From: Bacteroidia bacterium
GTDB lineage: Bacteria; Bacteroidota; Bacteroidia; SpSt-205
NCBI GenBank assembly: GCA_026003235.1
Contig: BPGW01000005.1
Location: 87,210-151,209 of the forward strand
DNA length: 64,000 nucleotides
Reading direction: 5' to 3'
Position 1 is the first letter of the stretch, and each line of letters opens with the position of its first letter. Below, piece by piece: positions 37,538 to 47,293 of the stretch. Made by a program: the position numbers and the translations under genes. The notes under the pieces are model-generated. The model had not been told where the DNA came from and ran no database searches. It saw only the letters and a program-made list of their open reading frames with translations.

Positions 37538-38767
37538 TTATCCTTGCATTCGGCCGCGCAGAATAGCCCACCAGTACATACGGGGGAGGACTTCCCGTTT
37601 GAGCAGCCACATGGAGTATCGTTCCTTGCTTTGGTCAAAGGGGAAAGTTTCCTGCGGCACCAGATCGTAATCAAACTCAGCTAAGATGAGTTTGCCATAC
37701 CCGGTGATGATGGGGCAGGCGCTATATCCATTGTAGCGATGGGCTTTCTCTCCTAAGTCCAGGGTACGGCTTCTGAGGGCATAAAGGAGGTTTTCAGCCA
37801 ACACTTTGACTTGCTTTCGGATGGCGGCGCCGGTTTTTGAGGTGGGAAGGTTAGCCGCATCCCCTAAAGAGAAGATATTCGGGTAGCGTACGTGCTGAAG
37901 GGTGTAGGGGTTTACATCTACCCAGCCAAGGGGGTTGTTGGGTACACTAAGGGGGCTTCTTTTGATAAAGTCTGGTGCGCTTTGGGGAGGCACCACATGA
38001 AGCATCTCAAAGGGAACCTCTACTTTTTGCGGGGGATTGGTATTTCTATTCTCAAAGGTGGCTATCTTTCTTTCCCCGTCTACGGCTATCAGCTCGTGTT
38101 TGAAGTGGGTCTCTATGCCGTACCGCTCTATAACTTTCAGGAGAGCGTCGGCGTACTTTTTCACGGCGAAGATGACGGTGCCTGCGGAGTAGAAGTGAAC
38201 GAGGCCAGGCTTTAAGAGGCCTCGGCGGCGCAGGTTGTCCGCAGTAAGGAACATGATTTTTTTAGGGGCGCCGCCACATTTGACGGGGGTGCCAGGGGCT
38301 GTGAAAAGGGCTTGACCGCGGCCGGAAAGGGATTCCATCACTTGGTGGGTATACACAGCGGTCTCGGGCGTGTATACGCTGCAAATGCCATTTTTGCCCA
38401 GCCACTCCGGCAGGCCGGCTATTTTGTGCCAATCCAATTGGATGCCTGGGGCTACTACCAAAAAGTCATACGTGATACGGCTGCCTTTGCGGGTGATAAC
38501 AGCGTTTTGTTCCGGCTCAAAGGTTTCTACGTAATCTTTGATCCACGTTATTTGGGATGGCACGTATTTTTTCTCTGGGCGGATAGTGTCCTCTACTTTG
38601 TAAGCGCCGCCTCCGACAAGGGTCCAGGCGGGCTGGTAATAATGGGTTTCGCTGGGTTCAATGAGAGCGATGGAGAGAGAGGGCTCCTTCCGCAAAAGGT
38701 AGTTCAGGACAGAGAGGCCGGCGTTGCCGCCGCCCACTACCACGACGTTGTACCGCTGGCTTGACAT
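37538..38767 (-). CDS. sqr: Sulfide:quinone oxidoreductase (type II-like)
   Basis: VVGGGNAG, YYQPAWTLVGGG, KCGGAPKK, GDAANLPTSKT, YNGYSACP, LAEFDY. Start at MSSQRY, 20 nt after TACATTTG (38788-38795). Confidence 0.88.
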   Translation of the reverse strand: MSSQRYNVVVVGGGNAGLSVLNYLLRKEPSLSIALIEPSETHYYQPAWTLVGGGAYKVEDTIRPEKKYVPSQITWIKDYVETFEPEQNAVITRKGSRITYDFLVVAPGIQLDWHKIAGLPEWLGKNGICSVYTPETAVYTHQVMESLSGRGQALFTAPGTPVKCGGAPKKIMFLTADNLRRRGLLKPGLVHFYSAGTVIFAVKKYADALLKVIERYGIETHFKHELIAVDGERKIATFENRNTNPPQKVEVPFEMLHVVPPQSAPDFIKRSPLSVPNNPLGWVDVNPYTLQHVRYPNIFSLGDAANLPTSKTGAAIRKQVKVLAENLLYALRSRTLDLGEKAHRYNGYSACPIITGYGKLILAEFDYDLVPQETFPFDQSKERYSMWLLKREVLPRMYWWAILRGRMQG

Positions 38768-38885
38768 AGGCGGAGGGGTTTTGGTTACAAATGTACAACA
38801 TAATACTCTGATGCACTTGTTCCCTGAGTTGCGCTTTGGGGGGGCTGGGGGTGCCGCTGGGAGAAAATTGCTACCTTTGTAGGAG

Positions 38886-39365
38886 ATGGAGGCCCTACGG
38901 GAAATGGAAGCGCAGCTTGCCGAGGTGGTGGAGAAGTGGCTCGCAGAAGCTTTTCCCCGCGCCTTTCTGGTGGAGGCGCGCCTTCGGGTCAATCGCCCTG
39001 AACCCGAAGTGTACCTGCGCGTGGATACAGATACGGGGATCACTTTGGAGGAGTGCGTGCAGATACACTTGTATTTTCGGGAGCGCTTAAGGGAGCTTGA
39101 CTGGCTTCCAGAGCATTGGGGACTTAGCGTGAGTTCGCCGGGGGTGGGTTCACCGCTGCGGCTGCGGCGCCAGTATCCCCAGAATATTGGCCGGCAGGTG
39201 CAGGTTCGCCGAATGGAAGGCCCCCCTGTGAGAGGCATCTTGAGTGCCGTAGACGAAGAGGGCATTCGGGTGCGCACCCCCAAAGGCGAGGTGGCCATCG
39301 CCTGGGACGCTATCGTGACGACCCGGGTGGAAGTGGGCCGTGGAACCGGCTTTAGAAGAAAATAA
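38886..39365 (+). CDS. rimP: Ribosome maturation factor RimP
   Basis: GITLEEC, VSSPGV..PL, QYPQNIGR. Lies directly upstream of nusA-infB. Confidence 0.9.
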   Translation: MEALREMEAQLAEVVEKWLAEAFPRAFLVEARLRVNRPEPEVYLRVDTDTGITLEECVQIHLYFRERLRELDWLPEHWGLSVSSPGVGSPLRLRRQYPQNIGRQVQVRRMEGPPVRGILSAVDEEGIRVRTPKGEVAIAWDAIVTTRVEVGRGTGFRRK

Positions 39366-39379
39366 AAATTTGCGTGTCT

Positions 39380-40726
39380 ATGCCTCGGACGAAAGCGGCA
39401 AAACAGGCAGAAAAAGCTCAGCAAGAGCGGCAGCGGCTCTTTTCTTCCATGCAGGAGTTTATTCAGCAGCGGGGTATTCCGAAGGAGCAGTTTGCGCAAG
39501 TGCTGCGAGGGGCCTTGCTTGATGTTTTGGAGCGCAGTTTGCCTGAAGAGCGAAAGAAGACCGACGCTTTTTCGGTCATCGTGAACCCTGACACGGCCGA
39601 TATTCAAGTTTTCAAGCGGCGCCTGATTGTGCCTGACGAAGACCTGGAGGATGAGACTTGGCAAATCTCGCTCAGCCAGGCCCTGGAGAAAGATCCTCAG
39701 GCCGAAGCGGGGGAGGAGTTCTTTGAGGAGATTCCGCTTCAGAGCCTGACTCGCATGCAGATTGAGCAGCTCAAGGTGCGGCTGCGCCAGCAGCTGCGGG
39801 ACCTGGAGCGTCGGGCCCTCTACGAGCGTTACAGCCACATGGTGGGCGAAATCCTCACCGGCGAAGTGCTCAAAGCCACCCGAGACGAACTGATTGTGCT
39901 CCATGAGGGTAATGAGCTTTCGTTGCCCCGTCGGGAACTCATACCTGGCAAAGACGTGTATGTGCCTAAGGAAAGCCAGGCGGCCTATCGCCGGGATCGC
40001 TATGCTTCCAGCGTCGTCAAGGCCGTCGTAGCCCAAGTCTTGGACCCTCGTCATACCCCCCCTTCTCGGCCTATCGTTGTGTTGTCTCGCACTTCCCCGC
40101 TTTTTCTGGAAGCGCTGCTCAAGCTGGAGATTCCAGAGATCTACGATGGGCTCATCAGCGTCAAAAAGGTGGTGCGCATTCCGGGAGAGCGCGCTAAAGT
40201 CCTTGTAGAAAGCTACGACGAGCGTATAGATCCAGTAGGGGCCTGTGTAGGCGTCAAGGGCACCCGCATCAAGCCCGTAGTGGAGGAGCTGCGGGGCGAG
40301 TACATAGACATTATCCCCTACAACCCCGATGTCAAGCTGATGATCTCTCGGGCCCTGGCCCCTGCTACCGTCATGTATGTGGACCTCTACCCCAGCCGTC
40401 GGTACGCTAAAGTCTTCGTAGCCCCCGAAGAGTACGCCCGAGCCGTAGGCCGAGAAGGCATCAATGTGCGGCTGGCTCAGGACCTCTTGGGGTACGAACT
40501 GGACATTCGCGAAGTCTCTGAATACGGCGAAGAGGAGGATATTGAGCTTACCGAGTTTAGCGATGAGATCCCCGAATCCCTTTTGAAGGTGCTTCAGCGG
40601 GAAGGCTTCCATACGGCGCAAGCGGTGCTTCAGTTTCCCATTGACGAGCTGCAGAAGCGCACGCAGATTGACTTTCCGACTTTGCAGAGGATATATCAAA
40701 TCCTTCAGGCTGAATTTGAAGAATGA
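39380..40726 (+). CDS. nusA: Transcription factor NusA
   Basis: LEIPEIYDG, RIPGERAKV, DPVGACVG, AVGREGINVRLA. Confidence 0.95.
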   Translation: MPRTKAAKQAEKAQQERQRLFSSMQEFIQQRGIPKEQFAQVLRGALLDVLERSLPEERKKTDAFSVIVNPDTADIQVFKRRLIVPDEDLEDETWQISLSQALEKDPQAEAGEEFFEEIPLQSLTRMQIEQLKVRLRQQLRDLERRALYERYSHMVGEILTGEVLKATRDELIVLHEGNELSLPRRELIPGKDVYVPKESQAAYRRDRYASSVVKAVVAQVLDPRHTPPSRPIVVLSRTSPLFLEALLKLEIPEIYDGLISVKKVVRIPGERAKVLVESYDERIDPVGACVGVKGTRIKPVVEELRGEYIDIIPYNPDVKLMISRALAPATVMYVDLYPSRRYAKVFVAPEEYARAVGREGINVRLAQDLLGYELDIREVSEYGEEEDIELTEFSDEIPESLLKVLQREGFHTAQAVLQFPIDELQKRTQIDFPTLQRIYQILQAEFEE

Positions 40727-43365
40727 GCGGGAAGTCGCGTAAACTTGCCGAGGTGGCGGTAGAACTTGGGGTGTCCACCTCCACCGTGGTGCAGGAGCTG
40801 AAGAAGCTGGGCTACGAGGTGCAGCCTTCTCCTACGGCACGGCTGGACGAAGAAGCTTATAAAAAGCTCTTGCGGCAATACGGCCGCACCGTGCCTGAAG
40901 CTGAAACAGAAAAATCGTCTACCCCCCCTCCAGAAGTTCCTGCGTCTGCAGAAGAGGCTGAGAAGCCTGCACCTTCCTTGCCCGTGAAGGGCAAGGTGGA
41001 TCTGGATACACGCCGGCTGCGGTCCCGACTGGCTCCGCCTCCTCCTTCTCCGGCGCCCTTGTTGGCGTCAGAACCGCCGGTGGTCTCTCCACCACCGGCT
41101 CCTGCAAAAGAGGAGGCTCTGTCTTCAGCGGCTTCTGCTTCTGCGGTGGAGTCCCAAGCTCCCTCCCCAGCCTCGCCGCCAGCCCCCTCTTCTCCCCAAG
41201 AGTCTCCCCAAGAGAAGGAAGAACTGCTCAAAGAATTGGGGGTAATCGGCAAAATTGACTTGGGGCCGGAACGCCGTCCTAAACCCAGGCTCATCCTGCC
41301 TGAAGTGCAAAAGGAGCCTCTCTCGGTAGCCTCGTCAGAGCCGGCCGCTCCTCCCCCTTCTTTGCCTTCTACTGCGCAAGAAGCCTCTGAAGAAGAAGAC
41401 CCTTCTAAACGGAAACGGAAGCGCACCCGTAAAAAGCGCAAGGAAATAGGGGCAGCGCCGCCCGTAGCTAAGCCGACTTCGCCAGCGGCTGGACCACGGC
41501 GGCCCGTGAAGTCACAGCTCAAATCCACCGGGGATGTGGCCACACGGCGGCGCTTCCGTCAAGAAAAGTACAAACAGCGCGAACGCAAGCGCGAACAAGC
41601 AGAAAAAGAAGCGCAAGCCACCGCCTCTACCCTTCAGATAGCGGAATACATCACCGCAGCCGAGCTGGCCCAAGCGCTGGGCGTGCCCGTGAATCAAGTC
41701 ATCGCCAAGTGCCTGGAACTGGGGTACCCTACCTCTATAAACCAGCGGTTGGACCGCGATCTGGCCGCCGTCGTAGCAGAAGAGTTCGGGTACAAAGTGG
41801 ACTTCGTGAGCCTGGAGGATACGCTCGATCAGCTCACAGTGGTAGAAGAAGTGTCTGAAGACCTAATGCCCCGCCCGCCTATTGTCACCGTCATGGGCCA
41901 TGTAGATCACGGAAAGACCACGCTGCTGGACTACATACGCAATACCAATGTGGTGGCCGGGGAAGCAGGGGGCATCACCCAGCATATCGGGGCGTACGAG
42001 GTAACCTTACCCTCAGGGCAAAAGATAACCTTCTTAGACACGCCAGGGCACGAAGCCTTCACCGCCATGCGGGCGCGAGGGGCTCAAATCACCGATATTG
42101 CGATTATCGTGGTGGCGGCCGACGATCATGTACGCCCGCAAACCCTTGAAGCCCTCAGCCACGCTCAGGCCGCTAATGTGCCTATTATCTTCGCCATCAA
42201 CAAGATAGACAAAGACACGGCCAACCCCGACCGCATCCGACAAGAGCTTGCCGAAGCGGGTTTCCTGGTAGAGGAGTGGGGCGGTCCCCATCCCTCCCAG
42301 CTGATCTCCGCCAAGAAAGGCCTGGGTGTGCCAGAACTCCTTGAGAAAGTGCTTATCCTGGCAGAACTCCTTGACCTCAAGGCGAACCCCCATCGTCCCG
42401 CCAAAGGCGTCGTGATTGAAGCCCAACTGGACCGAGCCCGAGGGCCTATCGCTACCGTGCTGGTCCAAACCGGTACACTTCGGGTAGGGGACATTGTGCT
42501 GGCGGGTCAGTACTTTGGCCGGGTACGGGCGCTCCTGGATGAACGAGGCCGACGCATTGAAGAGGCAGGTCCCTCCCAGCCTGTACAGGTGTTGGGCTTC
42601 AACGGGGTGCCTGAGGTCGGCGATAAGCTGTATGTGCTGCAGGAAGAAAGCGTGGCCCGAGAGATGGCCCATCGCCGCGCCGAACTGCTGCGCGAGCACA
42701 TGCAGCGGCGGGTCTCGGGTAGTGTGCTTGAAGGGGTCGCCTCCGGCCAGGCTAAACAACTCAACCTCATCGTCAAAGCCGATGTAAGCGGTTCGCTGGA
42801 AGCCCTCACCGATTCGCTCGTAAAGCTCTCCACGACAGAGGTCCAGGTGAATGTCATTCACCGCGGGGTAGGGCAAATCACGGATAGCGATGTGTTGCTG
42901 GCGCGGGCTTCTCATGCCCTTATCGTGGGCTTTCAGGTGCGGCCCAGTCACACCGCTCGTCAACTGGCCAAACAGCACAATGTGGAGATTCGCCTCTACA
43001 ATGTCATTTACGACATCATAGACGAGATCAAAAGCGCCCTGTCGGGGATGCTGGCTCCGGTCATCCAAGAGGAAAGCCTTGGCACCGCTGAAGTGCGCGA
43101 GGTCTTCAAAATCCCCAAAGTGGGTACGGTAGCAGGATGCAAGGTGGTGGAAGGAAAGGTCCTTCGGGGGGCTAAAGCGCACGTCATCCGCGAAGGGGTG
43201 GTCGTCTACACCAGCACCATCGCTTCCCTCAAGCGCTTCAAAGACGATGTAAAGGAAGTGACGGAGGGTTTTGAGTGCGGGCTCACAATGGAAGGCTTCC
43301 AGGATATCAAAGTGGGTGACCTGATTGAGTGCTTTGAGGAAGTGCAGGTCAAACGCTCGCTCTGA
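40723..43365 (+). CDS. infB: Translation initiation factor IF-2
   Basis: GHVDHGKTT, GGITQHIGA, DTPGHEAF, NKID. Confidence 0.97.
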   Translation: MSGKSRKLAEVAVELGVSTSTVVQELKKLGYEVQPSPTARLDEEAYKKLLRQYGRTVPEAETEKSSTPPPEVPASAEEAEKPAPSLPVKGKVDLDTRRLRSRLAPPPPSPAPLLASEPPVVSPPPAPAKEEALSSAASASAVESQAPSPASPPAPSSPQESPQEKEELLKELGVIGKIDLGPERRPKPRLILPEVQKEPLSVASSEPAAPPPSLPSTAQEASEEEDPSKRKRKRTRKKRKEIGAAPPVAKPTSPAAGPRRPVKSQLKSTGDVATRRRFRQEKYKQRERKREQAEKEAQATASTLQIAEYITAAELAQALGVPVNQVIAKCLELGYPTSINQRLDRDLAAVVAEEFGYKVDFVSLEDTLDQLTVVEEVSEDLMPRPPIVTVMGHVDHGKTTLLDYIRNTNVVAGEAGGITQHIGAYEVTLPSGQKITFLDTPGHEAFTAMRARGAQITDIAIIVVAADDHVRPQTLEALSHAQAANVPIIFAINKIDKDTANPDRIRQELAEAGFLVEEWGGPHPSQLISAKKGLGVPELLEKVLILAELLDLKANPHRPAKGVVIEAQLDRARGPIATVLVQTGTLRVGDIVLAGQYFGRVRALLDERGRRIEEAGPSQPVQVLGFNGVPEVGDKLYVLQEESVAREMAHRRAELLREHMQRRVSGSVLEGVASGQAKQLNLIVKADVSGSLEALTDSLVKLSTTEVQVNVIHRGVGQITDSDVLLARASHALIVGFQVRPSHTARQLAKQHNVEIRLYNVIYDIIDEIKSALSGMLAPVIQEESLGTAEVREVFKIPKVGTVAGCKVVEGKVLRGAKAHVIREGVVVYTSTIASLKRFKDDVKEVTEGFECGLTMEGFQDIKVGDLIECFEEVQVKRSL

Positions 43366-43631
43366 TGGCGGTGTACGAAGTGTTGGTGTCGGTTTTGCCC
43401 AGGCCGGTGCTTTTGGACCCAGAAGGGGAGACAATTGGACGGGCTCTTCGTAGGCAAGGGCACCTCGCTGTGCAAGGGGTTCGCGCAGGGCGGGCTTTCC
43501 TCTTGCGCCTTGAAGCTCATGATGCCGAAGCAGCCCTCTCCTTAGCTCATGAAGTGGCCCGTACGCTCCTCTACAACCCCGTCGTAGAAACCTACACGAT
43601 TCACCCTCCGCAGCCCGTGCAGCCCACCTGA
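43365..43631 (+). CDS. purS: FGAM synthase subunit PurS
   Basis: LDPEG, VRAGR, LLYNPVVE. 88 aa. Confidence 0.85.
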   Translation: MAVYEVLVSVLPRPVLLDPEGETIGRALRRQGHLAVQGVRAGRAFLLRLEAHDAEAALSLAHEVARTLLYNPVVETYTIHPPQPVQPT

Positions 43632-43690
43632 ACGCAGCGCTACGGCCTCGGTTTTTTTTAGTCATCCCTAATCCTTAGCTTTGCCTGGGT

Positions 43691-44908
43691 ATGGCGCGGG
43701 CAGCTTGGCTGACTATTTTTTGTACGGTTTGGGCCCAGTATGTAGGCATTGGGACGGCCATCCCGCTGGAAGCGGTGCACGTAGCGGGCGGTGATGTTCG
43801 TGTCCAAGGCCTCAGCGGTACAGGCACCGCCTTGGTAGGGCTCACAAGTCAGGGCGTGACTTACCGGTTAGATTTTTCGGGGAATGCCGCCGACTTTTTA
43901 CGCGGCGACGGAACCTGGGGACCCGACATAGGCGACTGGAAGCTTCCGGGCAACGCAGGCACCAATCCAACCCTCCACTTCTTGGGCTCTACGGACGCTC
44001 AGCAGCTGCGCTTGCGCACGAACAACACCGAGCGGGCCCGCTTCCAAGTGGATGGACGCATCCTGGTAGGTACCACGACGCCCCTCTACAATAAAGCCGT
44101 ACTTCAGGTGCAGGGCGGCACCACGAACCGCGCTGTGTATGGATACAAAGCTTCCTCTTCGGGAGCCAGTGTGGTATTGGGTATCGCCACGCGGGGCGGG
44201 GGGCCGTATGCAGGGGCTGTAGGTTATGGTGCGCAAGCTTCTCCCAGCGGTACTACTGTGCGCGGTGTGGGCTTGGTGGGCATGGTAGGGGTCCTGGATT
44301 TTATACACTGGGCCTTGGGACCGGGGATCGTGGGCACCGGACAAAACTACGGTATCGTGGCCTATGCAGAAAACACCACCGGAGACCGGGCGGCTGGCCG
44401 TTTTGAAGCGCCTGCGGGAGCAGGCCAAATTGTCCGCTCCCTCGTTTCGGCTTTTGTCGGAGGCACGCAGTACAAGATCTGGGGTACCGTTACGGGTGGT
44501 GGAGGTACCCCCGCTACCAGTACAGTCGTAGAGGCGCCTTCGGGCCAGCTCTATGCGATGGCTTGCCCAGAAGCGCCGGAGATTTTCTTCTTTGACCGCG
44601 GGCAGGCCGAGCTGGTTGGGGGGGAAGCCTACATCGCTTTGGATAGCGTGCTGGCGTTCAACCTGTATGTAGATGCAGCCTATCCCCTGTATGTGTTTTT
44701 GCAGCCCCTGGATCGGTCGTGCGGCCTTTATGTGACGGAACGCAGCCGGTTGGGTTTTCGGGTGCGAGCGACGGACTCCACTTGCCAGACGCGCTTCTAC
44801 TGGTGGGCTGTGGCGCGCCGCAATGACACCTACACCCCAGAAGGCCTACGCATTTCCCGGCATGTCGGCGTACGTCTCCCCGAAGTCCCTGAAGAACTGA
44901 CCCGCTGA
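43691..44908 (+). CDS. Secreted Gly-rich fibre/adhesin-like protein, paralogue 1
   Basis: Signal then Q. VGIGT, DWKLPGNAGTNP..HFLG.TD, C-terminal CPEAPEIFFFDRG. TAGCTTTG lies 7 nt before the ATG. Confidence 0.7.
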   Translation: MARAAWLTIFCTVWAQYVGIGTAIPLEAVHVAGGDVRVQGLSGTGTALVGLTSQGVTYRLDFSGNAADFLRGDGTWGPDIGDWKLPGNAGTNPTLHFLGSTDAQQLRLRTNNTERARFQVDGRILVGTTTPLYNKAVLQVQGGTTNRAVYGYKASSSGASVVLGIATRGGGPYAGAVGYGAQASPSGTTVRGVGLVGMVGVLDFIHWALGPGIVGTGQNYGIVAYAENTTGDRAAGRFEAPAGAGQIVRSLVSAFVGGTQYKIWGTVTGGGGTPATSTVVEAPSGQLYAMACPEAPEIFFFDRGQAELVGGEAYIALDSVLAFNLYVDAAYPLYVFLQPLDRSCGLYVTERSRLGFRVRATDSTCQTRFYWWAVARRNDTYTPEGLRISRHVGVRLPEVPEELTR

Positions 44909-44920
44909 ATTTCCTGACCT

Positions 44921-46123
44921 ATGCGATACGCTGGAATAGCCGGTTTGCTTGTGGGCCTGGTAGCGGCTCAGAATACGAATGTGGGCATTGGTACGGCTAC
45001 GCCTACCCACCGGTTGCATATAGCTACAGGGACCTTGCGCGTAGAGGCGCTGAGTGGCACGGGCACTGTGCTGGCGCAGACGGGTGCCGTAGGCGTTCTG
45101 GGGCGATTTGCAGCGGCCTCTTCCGCTACACAGCTTTTGCAGGGCAACGCCGTGTGGGGTAGCGACGCAACCGACTGGAAGCTCCTGGGCAACGCAGGGA
45201 CGAACCCCACGCTGCACTTTGTAGGAACGACCGATGCGACAGACTTTCGGCTGGGTGTAAACAGCACGACCCGCTGGCGAATCCTTAGCACGGGTGAACA
45301 CTGGGTGGGTGGTAATACCACCGCTACCCTCAATAACGCCCAGGTGTCGGTGGATGCTCCTGCGGGCTGGATAGCGGTGTACGGCCAAGTCACAGGTGGG
45401 CAAAGGCCAGCCATCCGCGGTACGGTGGGCGATAACAGCTCAGGTCCTGCCGTAGGCGCGGTCAACACCGCCTCGGATGGGTGGGGCGCTATCGGCATCG
45501 GCAGTGGAAGCACGATAGGCAACTTGCCTAATGACGGAGGCGGGGCTTACGGCGTTTCCACCGAGGCGGGCGTGGTAGGCAGTTATACGGGAGCCGATGG
45601 TTCAAGCCGGGCGGGAGGCGCTTTTGCCGTACGCGATGCTGGTGGAAACTACGATTGGGTTTATGTGGCGGGCTATGAAGGCGGCAATCAGCGAAAAATA
45701 TGGGGTGTGGGCACCGCCTCCACGACCGTGCAATCGTACGGAAAGTATCATACACTCTTTTGCCCAGAGGCGCCGGAGGTCCTTCTATGGGATGCGGGTC
45801 GTTTCTGGCTGCAGGCGCAGCGTCAGTGGGTGCCCCTGGACTCCCTCCTGGCTCTCCACCTGGCTCCTCCTTATATGGTCTGGCTCCAGCCGTGGGGGGA
45901 TCTCTCCTTGCGGGTGGTAGAGGTCTCCTCCCAAGGCTTCTGGGTAGAAGCGGATCAGCTTCCCACCCATCCTATTGAGGTGTCGTTTCTGGTGCAGGCG
46001 CGGCGGCTTGGCCCTCCTTCTTCGCCCTTCCACCTTGAACGCCTCCCCGCTGTGGAGCCTTCCCGATTTTTCACGCCGTTCCGGCCTGTCACCCAGTATC
46101 TAACCCCTGGCCAGCTCAAGTAA
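44921..46123 (+). CDS. Secreted Gly-rich fibre/adhesin-like protein, paralogue 2
   Basis: NVGIGT, DWKLLGNAGTNP, CPEAPEVLLWDAG. Confidence 0.7.
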   Translation: MRYAGIAGLLVGLVAAQNTNVGIGTATPTHRLHIATGTLRVEALSGTGTVLAQTGAVGVLGRFAAASSATQLLQGNAVWGSDATDWKLLGNAGTNPTLHFVGTTDATDFRLGVNSTTRWRILSTGEHWVGGNTTATLNNAQVSVDAPAGWIAVYGQVTGGQRPAIRGTVGDNSSGPAVGAVNTASDGWGAIGIGSGSTIGNLPNDGGGAYGVSTEAGVVGSYTGADGSSRAGGAFAVRDAGGNYDWVYVAGYEGGNQRKIWGVGTASTTVQSYGKYHTLFCPEAPEVLLWDAGRFWLQAQRQWVPLDSLLALHLAPPYMVWLQPWGDLSLRVVEVSSQGFWVEADQLPTHPIEVSFLVQARRLGPPSSPFHLERLPAVEPSRFFTPFRPVTQYLTPGQLK

Positions 46124-46135
46124 ACCCTGAAAGGT

Positions 46136-47293
46136 ATGAAGCGTACGATATGGTTTTTGGCTGTAGGGCTTGCTCAGAATGTGGGTATCGGTACAACGGC
46201 TCCTACCCACCGGTTGCACTTAGCCGATGTTTCGCCCACGGATAAAGGCCTTCTGCGGGTGGATGCGCTGGCTTCGCCGGCAGGGGCTATCGGGACTTTT
46301 TCGCCGGTCGGGAACCTGGGCAAGGTAAACTTCACTGGCGACCCGAAAGACCTTCTGCGAGGCGACCTCACTTGGGGCCCCGATGCGACCGACTGGCGCC
46401 TCGTGGGCAACGCAGGCACCGACCCCACCCAGCACTTCCTGGGTACCACGGACAACCAACCTCTGGTTTTCCGCACAAATAGCGTGGAACGCATGCGTTT
46501 CCTTACCGATGGGAGGGTCTGGATAAATACGACGACAGACCTTACGCCGGCCAATAACACCCTGAACATCCTCTCGCAGGCTGGAGCTGGCCAGAGGGCT
46601 CTCACCGCTCGGTCAGATACGATCGGGCTGTATGGGGAGGCTACGGCTGACTTAGGCCCGGGCATAGCGGGGGTCTATGCCAGCACAGCGACAGGGGGGA
46701 TTGGTTTTTTTGCCCGCGGCAATGCGCTGAACACCTTCCCTACTGTTATCAATCCCGCAGGCTTTGTAGCCCAAGGCACTATACGAGGTATAATGGGAGA
46801 GGCGCGCTCTACCACAGTAGAACCTCGCATGGGCGGTTATTTCACCAATAATAGCGCTGCGACTTGGAGTCGTGTAGGGGCGCGCAGCGGAGGGAATAAC
46901 TACAAGATCCAAGGCACAGGAACCGTGAATACGGTAGTTCAAAACGGCAAGGGTGGAGTTTACTTACTCACGGCGCCGGAAGCGCCCGAGTTTCTTTTTT
47001 TGGATTTCGGGCAGGCACGCCTGGAGCGGGGTCAAGCTTACATTGGCCTGGAGCCTGTGCTCTTGCCCCATATAGATACCCAGCGTCTGCAGGTGTGGGT
47101 TACGCCGCTTGAACCCTGTGCGGGACTATATGTGGTGCGAGATCCGGCTGGCAAGGGTTTTTACGTGCGAGAGCGCGGGTCCGGCCAAGGTGCCGTAGCT
47201 TTCATGTGGGGTTGGAGCGCTCCTGTCAAGAGCTGGGGGCGTTTTCCTCCTGTCTCTCCCCCGAGTCGGCGTTCCTCACCTGGCCAGCCCTGA
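46136..47293 (+). CDS. Secreted Gly-rich fibre/adhesin-like protein, paralogue 3
   Basis: NVGIGT, DWRLVGNAGTDP, APEAPEFLFLDFG. Confidence 0.7.
   Translation: MKRTIWFLAVGLAQNVGIGTTAPTHRLHLADVSPTDKGLLRVDALASPAGAIGTFSPVGNLGKVNFTGDPKDLLRGDLTWGPDATDWRLVGNAGTDPTQHFLGTTDNQPLVFRTNSVERMRFLTDGRVWINTTTDLTPANNTLNILSQAGAGQRALTARSDTIGLYGEATADLGPGIAGVYASTATGGIGFFARGNALNTFPTVINPAGFVAQGTIRGIMGEARSTTVEPRMGGYFTNNSAATWSRVGARSGGNNYKIQGTGTVNTVVQNGKGGVYLLTAPEAPEFLFLDFGQARLERGQAYIGLEPVLLPHIDTQRLQVWVTPLEPCAGLYVVRDPAGKGFYVRERGSGQGAVAFMWGWSAPVKSWGRFPPVSPPSRRSSPGQP

Noticed and set aside
37538-40699. 1053-aa ORF suggesting a large SQR fusion
   Set aside because: The first ~640 aa are the antisense shadow of nusA and rimP. 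The real SQR starts at 38767 behind its own promoter element.
43632-43660. T-run after purS as a terminator
   Set aside because: No convincing stem precedes the T-run.
42034-43665. 543-aa minus-strand ORF
   Set aside because: Antisense shadow of infB/purS with no recognisable motifs.
43691-47293. Prophage, shufflon or diversity-generating retroelement behind the fibre-like genes
   Set aside because: There is no phage gene, recombinase, inverted repeat set, reverse transcriptase or template/variable repeat pair, and the genes carry signal peptides.
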